Part shown: positions 60,015-64,000 of the stretch, in pieces
How the letters are laid out: the number at the start of each line of letters is the position of its first letter
Position numbering within the stretch: position 1 is the first letter of the stretch
NCBI GenBank assembly: GCA_047617785.1
Contig: JBLGBK010000002.1
Location: 32,001-96,000, forward strand
Source: Colwellia polaris
GTDB lineage: Archaea > Nanohalarchaeota > Nanosalinia > Nanosalinales > Nanosalinaceae
Length of the DNA: 64,000 nucleotides
Reading direction: 5' to 3'
Translations under genes and position numbers: made by a program
The notes under the pieces: model-generated
What the model was told of the DNA's origin: nothing
Database searches by the model: none
Seen by the model: only the letters and a program-made list of their open reading frames with translations

Positions 60015-60791
60015 ATGATGGCTTTCGATTTAGATGGCAACAGCGAAGAAGTAGCCGAGACAAGAGAACTTTTTGCAGGTAGGACTCCAGAATATACAGA
60101 GCTTTTAGGAGCAGCTGAATACATACAGGAAGAATACTTTGATAATGAAAACGTAGCTAGTATAGGCAATATTACTCTCTATCCGGGGGGTCACAGTACA
60201 GAAGCACGACGACCTCTTTCGGCATCAGTCGATCTCGTATTCCGAGGAGATCCCCCTGAAGACCTCGGCGAAGAATATCCTTCCTGGTCTTTTGCAGAAA
60301 GTTATTTTGTCGACTATACTCATGTCGGAAGCCGCACCTCAAAAGAAGACCAACATATCGAGGTAGCGATGGTAGATATTGATAACTTTCCTCTATTTGA
60401 CTTCGATTCCGAAGCTCTAGAAGAAGCCGAAACTCACCACTTAACCTATCTAGACAGCGAAACCGGACATACATTCGATTACGACATAATTATGGCCAAA
60501 CCTGAGCAGAGCGTAGCATCCAAGTTTAACCGATTGAATACCGTAGCAAATAACGGAGAAGGAATTGTCAAAGGCAGCGATAGCATAGATATGGCCAGTC
60601 ATCTTCACTGGGGTCATACAACCAACGAAATGAGCTTAGAAAGACTCGCACAGGTTATCGAACAGAAAGTAGAGCCTCCTTACAAACCAGGCTTGGAATC
60701 AACACGAGAAGCCAAATCAAACTTTGCGGAAAGTGAACGCAAAGATTTGGAAAAAGCTATAAGTTCATTAGAAGACAATTTAGAGGTCTAA
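60015..60791 (+). CDS. Putative nucleotidyltransferase-fold protein (AbiEii/DUF6036-like), paralogue 1
   Basis: SIGN...RRPLSASVDLVF, IMAKPEQSVASKFNR, GSDSIDMAS. Confidence 0.5.
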   Translation: MMAFDLDGNSEEVAETRELFAGRTPEYTELLGAAEYIQEEYFDNENVASIGNITLYPGGHSTEARRPLSASVDLVFRGDPPEDLGEEYPSWSFAESYFVDYTHVGSRTSKEDQHIEVAMVDIDNFPLFDFDSEALEEAETHHLTYLDSETGHTFDYDIIMAKPEQSVASKFNRLNTVANNGEGIVKGSDSIDMASHLHWGHTTNEMSLERLAQVIEQKVEPPYKPGLESTREAKSNFAESERKDLEKAISSLEDNLEV

Positions 60792-60794
60792 ACA

Positions 60795-61547
60795 ATGGCA
60801 TCAATACCCACTATCGAACCCATGGACTATGAAGAATTCAGATCTCTCTACGAAGAAGATCAACGAATACCTATGAGCAGCGCTCTAGATAAAACCGCGA
60901 AGATAGCAGAAGAACTTCCCCAGAGCGCTGTTTTCGGCAGTCTAACCTCTCACCCAGATATTTATGGAGTTAACAAGCTTCAGAGACCTACGGATCGTAC
61001 AGTAGACTTAGTAACAACAGAAGAAGAAATAGCCGAAATTGCGGAAGAACACGATGTATGGACTCCTCAAGACAACTGTTACTTTTTTGATCACAACGGC
61101 TGGGCAGTAGGTTTAATGGCAGTAGAACAAGATGTTTTTGAATCCAATACCTATGATGAACCCGTAAGGATATCAAAGGGAGATCTTGAAAGCGCAAAAG
61201 ATATTGAAACAGAGGCTGGCACACTCTCAGTCTTGGAACCAAAGATTAACTACGGAATGAAAGCGCGCAGATATACTGAAAGCGTTTTAGAGAAAGATTA
61301 TGTGAAGACTAACGACCTAGCCGATATGGCCAGCATGTCAATGAAACAAGCTCGAAAAGGAGATAACTATAACAGCTCCGAGCTAGCAGAAGCGTTAAAT
61401 AAATACACAGAAGGTCGTATGCCTCTAGAAAAGTGGATTGAAGACACACAAATTAGAACGGATGCTCACCTGAATACTGACGAATGGGAATGTCTTGAAG
61501 AAGAGCTAAACGAGATCAAAGAGCAGTATAAGGCTATAGGAAATTAG
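60795..61547 (+). CDS. Putative nucleotidyltransferase-fold protein, paralogue 2
   Basis: VFGS...QRPTDRTVDLVT, VLEPKINYGMKARR, KTNDLADMAS. Confidence 0.5.
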   Translation: MASIPTIEPMDYEEFRSLYEEDQRIPMSSALDKTAKIAEELPQSAVFGSLTSHPDIYGVNKLQRPTDRTVDLVTTEEEIAEIAEEHDVWTPQDNCYFFDHNGWAVGLMAVEQDVFESNTYDEPVRISKGDLESAKDIETEAGTLSVLEPKINYGMKARRYTESVLEKDYVKTNDLADMASMSMKQARKGDNYNSSELAEALNKYTEGRMPLEKWIEDTQIRTDAHLNTDEWECLEEELNEIKEQYKAIGN

Positions 61548-61811
61548 CTAAGAGATATAATCAAACACAGTTTTTGCATTGCCAGAGAGTTCGAACTCGT
61601 GAGCATATTCATTGTCCTCATGCGACCAATCGGACCTCGCTTCATTTATCAGATCATCTACATCCTTCACCCTGTCGGGATTACGGCAACTGACCACTCT
61701 TGTGGTAGTCAACGATTCATAGATCTCTAAATCCCTATCTTCAACACCATCCCAGTAATCAAAGAAATTATCAACACTATCAGGGATAGAGTACAACTCT
61801 TCAGAGCTCAT
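61548..61811 (-). CDS. Small acidic hypothetical protein
   Basis: 87-aa ORF abutting the NTase-like pair tail-to-tail and divergent from topA. Confidence 0.55.
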   Translation of the reverse strand: MSSEELYSIPDSVDNFFDYWDGVEDRDLEIYESLTTTRVVSCRNPDRVKDVDDLINEARSDWSHEDNEYAHEFELSGNAKTVFDYIS

Positions 61812-61909
61812 AGACTCTTATTTCAGCAAAAATATTATATATTGTAATGAACGACAACATTCCCTACCGCTACTCACATTTTAAAGTTTACAGAAACTGA
61901 ATAGAGACA

Positions 61910-63958
61910 ATGACTACCACAGTGATGATTGGCGAGAAACCTAATGTTGCCAGTAAGCTCGCCCAGGCGCTCGGAGATTACAGCATTAAAGAGAACCGAG
62001 GCGTCAAGAACTACATTGTTAATACAGATGACGGTAAAATAATCATAGCTCCAGCGGTAGGCCATATATTCAACCTTGAACAGACAGAAGAAGGATGGGA
62101 CTACCCCGTATTCGATGTAGAATGGCTTCCAATATTCGAAACAAGCGATGACGCAGATTACGTAAAGAAGTACTACAACAACCTCAAAGATCAGGTGGAG
62201 AAGGCAGATGAATATATCAACGCATGCGACTATGACCTTGAAGGATCAGTAATCGGAGCTAACGTCATCAAACAGATCGCTGACCCGGAAGAAGATCGCA
62301 TCAAAAGGATGAAGTTCTCAACACTAACATCTGACGACCTAAGAGAAGCTTTCGACAATCTTGAAAGATTCGACAGCGGAATGACCTCGGCCGGGATCAC
62401 ACGCCATATACTAGACTTCTACTATGGTGTAAACGTTTCAAGAGCGCTGATGCAAGCAGTAAAAGCAAACGACCGATACAAGACTCTTTCAACAGGACGC
62501 GTACAGGGACCTGCACTGAAGATACTGGCAGAAAAGGAGCGTAAGATACAGGCCTTCGAGCCGGATCCGTACTGGGAGATCTACCTCAACCATTCCGAGT
62601 TCCAGGCACAGTGGGAAGATGATGAGGACCGTATCTGGGAGGAAGAAAAGGCAGACGAAGTTTTCTATACAGTTAAGGGCGAAGACGAAGCTACCGTAAC
62701 AAACGTCAAAGAGAATAATTACAAGCACAATCCGCCGACACCTTTCAACCTGACAGGCTTACAGAAAGAGGCGTCAAGCCAGTTCAACATCAATCCAAAG
62801 AAAACTCAGCAACTGGCGCAGAACCTGTACGAGAACTCTCTGATTTCTTACCCTCGTACAGAGTCTCAGAAACTGCCGAAAAAGCTTGGATACAAGAATA
62901 TACTGAATCAGCTGAAGAAGAACGATAATTTCGACGATCAAGTAAAGAAAGTGCTAAAAAAGAATGATTTGACCGCAAGACAAGGTAAAAAGGAAGATGA
63001 CGCCCACCCTGCAATCTATCCGACAGGAAAACATCCTTCAGGGCTTTCAAAGCAAGAAGGACAGATATACGACCTAATCGTAAAGCGTTTCCTCGCAGTA
63101 TTTGGAGATGCAGCTCAGAGACAGACAGTCACATTCACACTAGATGTCCTAGGACATGAGTTCAAGGCGAAGTCGAAAATGACCCTGGAGCGCAACTGGT
63201 TTGATCTCTACGATCCCTACGTACGTGTAAGCGAAGCAGAACTTCCAGAAATGCATGAAGGTCAAACTCTGAAAGTTGAAGAGTTTACTCAAGAAGAGAA
63301 AGAAACCCGGCCGCCAAACCGTTACAAGCAATCGAGTATCGTTTCAGAGCTTGAGAAGCAGAATCTTGGTACGAAAGCAACTCGCGCACAGGTAGTTGAC
63401 AGCCTATACAATAGAAAATACATCGACGGCGACTCCATAGAAGTCACCGACCTAGGAATGGCTGTAGTCGAAGCACTAGAAGACTCATGTCCAGATGTCC
63501 TCTCAGAAGAACTCACACGCAAGTTCGAGGAAAAGATGCAGGCAATCCGTAACGGCGACGAAACAAGTGATGAAGTAGTTGAAGAAGCACGCGAAGAACT
63601 TACTGAGATCTTGAATAATTTCAGAGAACGAGAAAAAGAGATTGGAGCCGAGCTGATCGAATCAATCGATGAGACGCGGAAGAAACAGCGTATGCTTGGA
63701 CCTTGCCAAGTATGTGAGGAAGAAGGTCGTGAAGAAGGTATGCTGCGTATGATCAAGTCGAATGGAAGTCGTTTCGTCGGATGTACAAACTACCCGGACT
63801 GTGAGAACACTTTCCCACTTCCAAACAACGGAAAGATTGAATCATTGGATGAGACCTGCGATACCTGTGGTACTCCCCGTATCAAGGTTATCAGGAAGAA
63901 TAAGAACCCTTACCAAATGTGTATCAATCCAGATTGTGCGACAAAAGACGACTGGTAA
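61910..63958 (+). CDS. topA: Type IA DNA topoisomerase with C-terminal zinc ribbons
   Basis: GEKP, GHI, NACDYDLEG, STGRVQ, catalytic ISYPRT, LGTKATR, Cys-pair ribbons. Confidence 0.96.
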   Translation: MTTTVMIGEKPNVASKLAQALGDYSIKENRGVKNYIVNTDDGKIIIAPAVGHIFNLEQTEEGWDYPVFDVEWLPIFETSDDADYVKKYYNNLKDQVEKADEYINACDYDLEGSVIGANVIKQIADPEEDRIKRMKFSTLTSDDLREAFDNLERFDSGMTSAGITRHILDFYYGVNVSRALMQAVKANDRYKTLSTGRVQGPALKILAEKERKIQAFEPDPYWEIYLNHSEFQAQWEDDEDRIWEEEKADEVFYTVKGEDEATVTNVKENNYKHNPPTPFNLTGLQKEASSQFNINPKKTQQLAQNLYENSLISYPRTESQKLPKKLGYKNILNQLKKNDNFDDQVKKVLKKNDLTARQGKKEDDAHPAIYPTGKHPSGLSKQEGQIYDLIVKRFLAVFGDAAQRQTVTFTLDVLGHEFKAKSKMTLERNWFDLYDPYVRVSEAELPEMHEGQTLKVEEFTQEEKETRPPNRYKQSSIVSELEKQNLGTKATRAQVVDSLYNRKYIDGDSIEVTDLGMAVVEALEDSCPDVLSEELTRKFEEKMQAIRNGDETSDEVVEEAREELTEILNNFREREKEIGAELIESIDETRKKQRMLGPCQVCEEEGREEGMLRMIKSNGSRFVGCTNYPDCENTFPLPNNGKIESLDETCDTCGTPRIKVIRKNKNPYQMCINPDCATKDDW

Positions 63959-63960
63959 AT

Positions 63961-63996
63961 TTACTCTCTCCTCTCTATTTCTCTATCTAGTTTTTC
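63961..63996 (+). terminator. Pyrimidine-rich terminator-like tract (similar tracts follow the FKBP gene, rpl10, rpl12, hsp20 and tyrS)
   Basis: CT/T-rich run immediately after the stop codon. Confidence 0.5.
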
Positions 63997-64000
63997 AGCT

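Overview
Archaeal chromosomal segment with a strongly acidic proteome, compact overlapping genes and archaeal-type informational genes. Together with the glycogen locus and a giant surface protein, this points to a nanohaloarchaeon (DPANN); the lineage is inferred. Order of contents: (1) the 3' part of a >3,570-aa repeat-rich, membrane-anchored surface protein, followed by a membrane protein with two C2H2 zinc fingers, a C2H2-finger KaiC-like ATPase and a DUF835-like inactive RecA-fold partner; (2) Hel308 helicase with a 456-aa LAGLIDADG intein; (3) fbp, fba, nadM, nnrD, gap; (4) a ~15 kb glycogen/upper-glycolysis cluster (GT3, GT4s, GH57, debranching enzyme, pgi, tpiA, ADP-dependent kinase, PGM, HxHxQ HIT protein); (5) tandem minD, leuS, FKBP, ftsZ, a pilin-like gene, an unannotated ~125-nt rod-like structured RNA, secE-spt5-rpl11-rpl1-rpl10, an inserted HTH/degenerate-LAGLIDADG gene, rpl12; (6) alaS, SecB-like gene, hsp20, ybaK, tyrS, an ogt pseudogene missed by the ORF track, serS, two tandem nucleotidyltransferase-like paralogues and topA. 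No tRNA, rRNA, CRISPR array or transposase was recognised. Best novelty candidates: the giant protein/zinc-finger/KaiC module, the structured RNA before secE, the possibly domesticated intein-endonuclease gene, and the NTase-like pair. All calls come from motif reading by eye; no searches were run.
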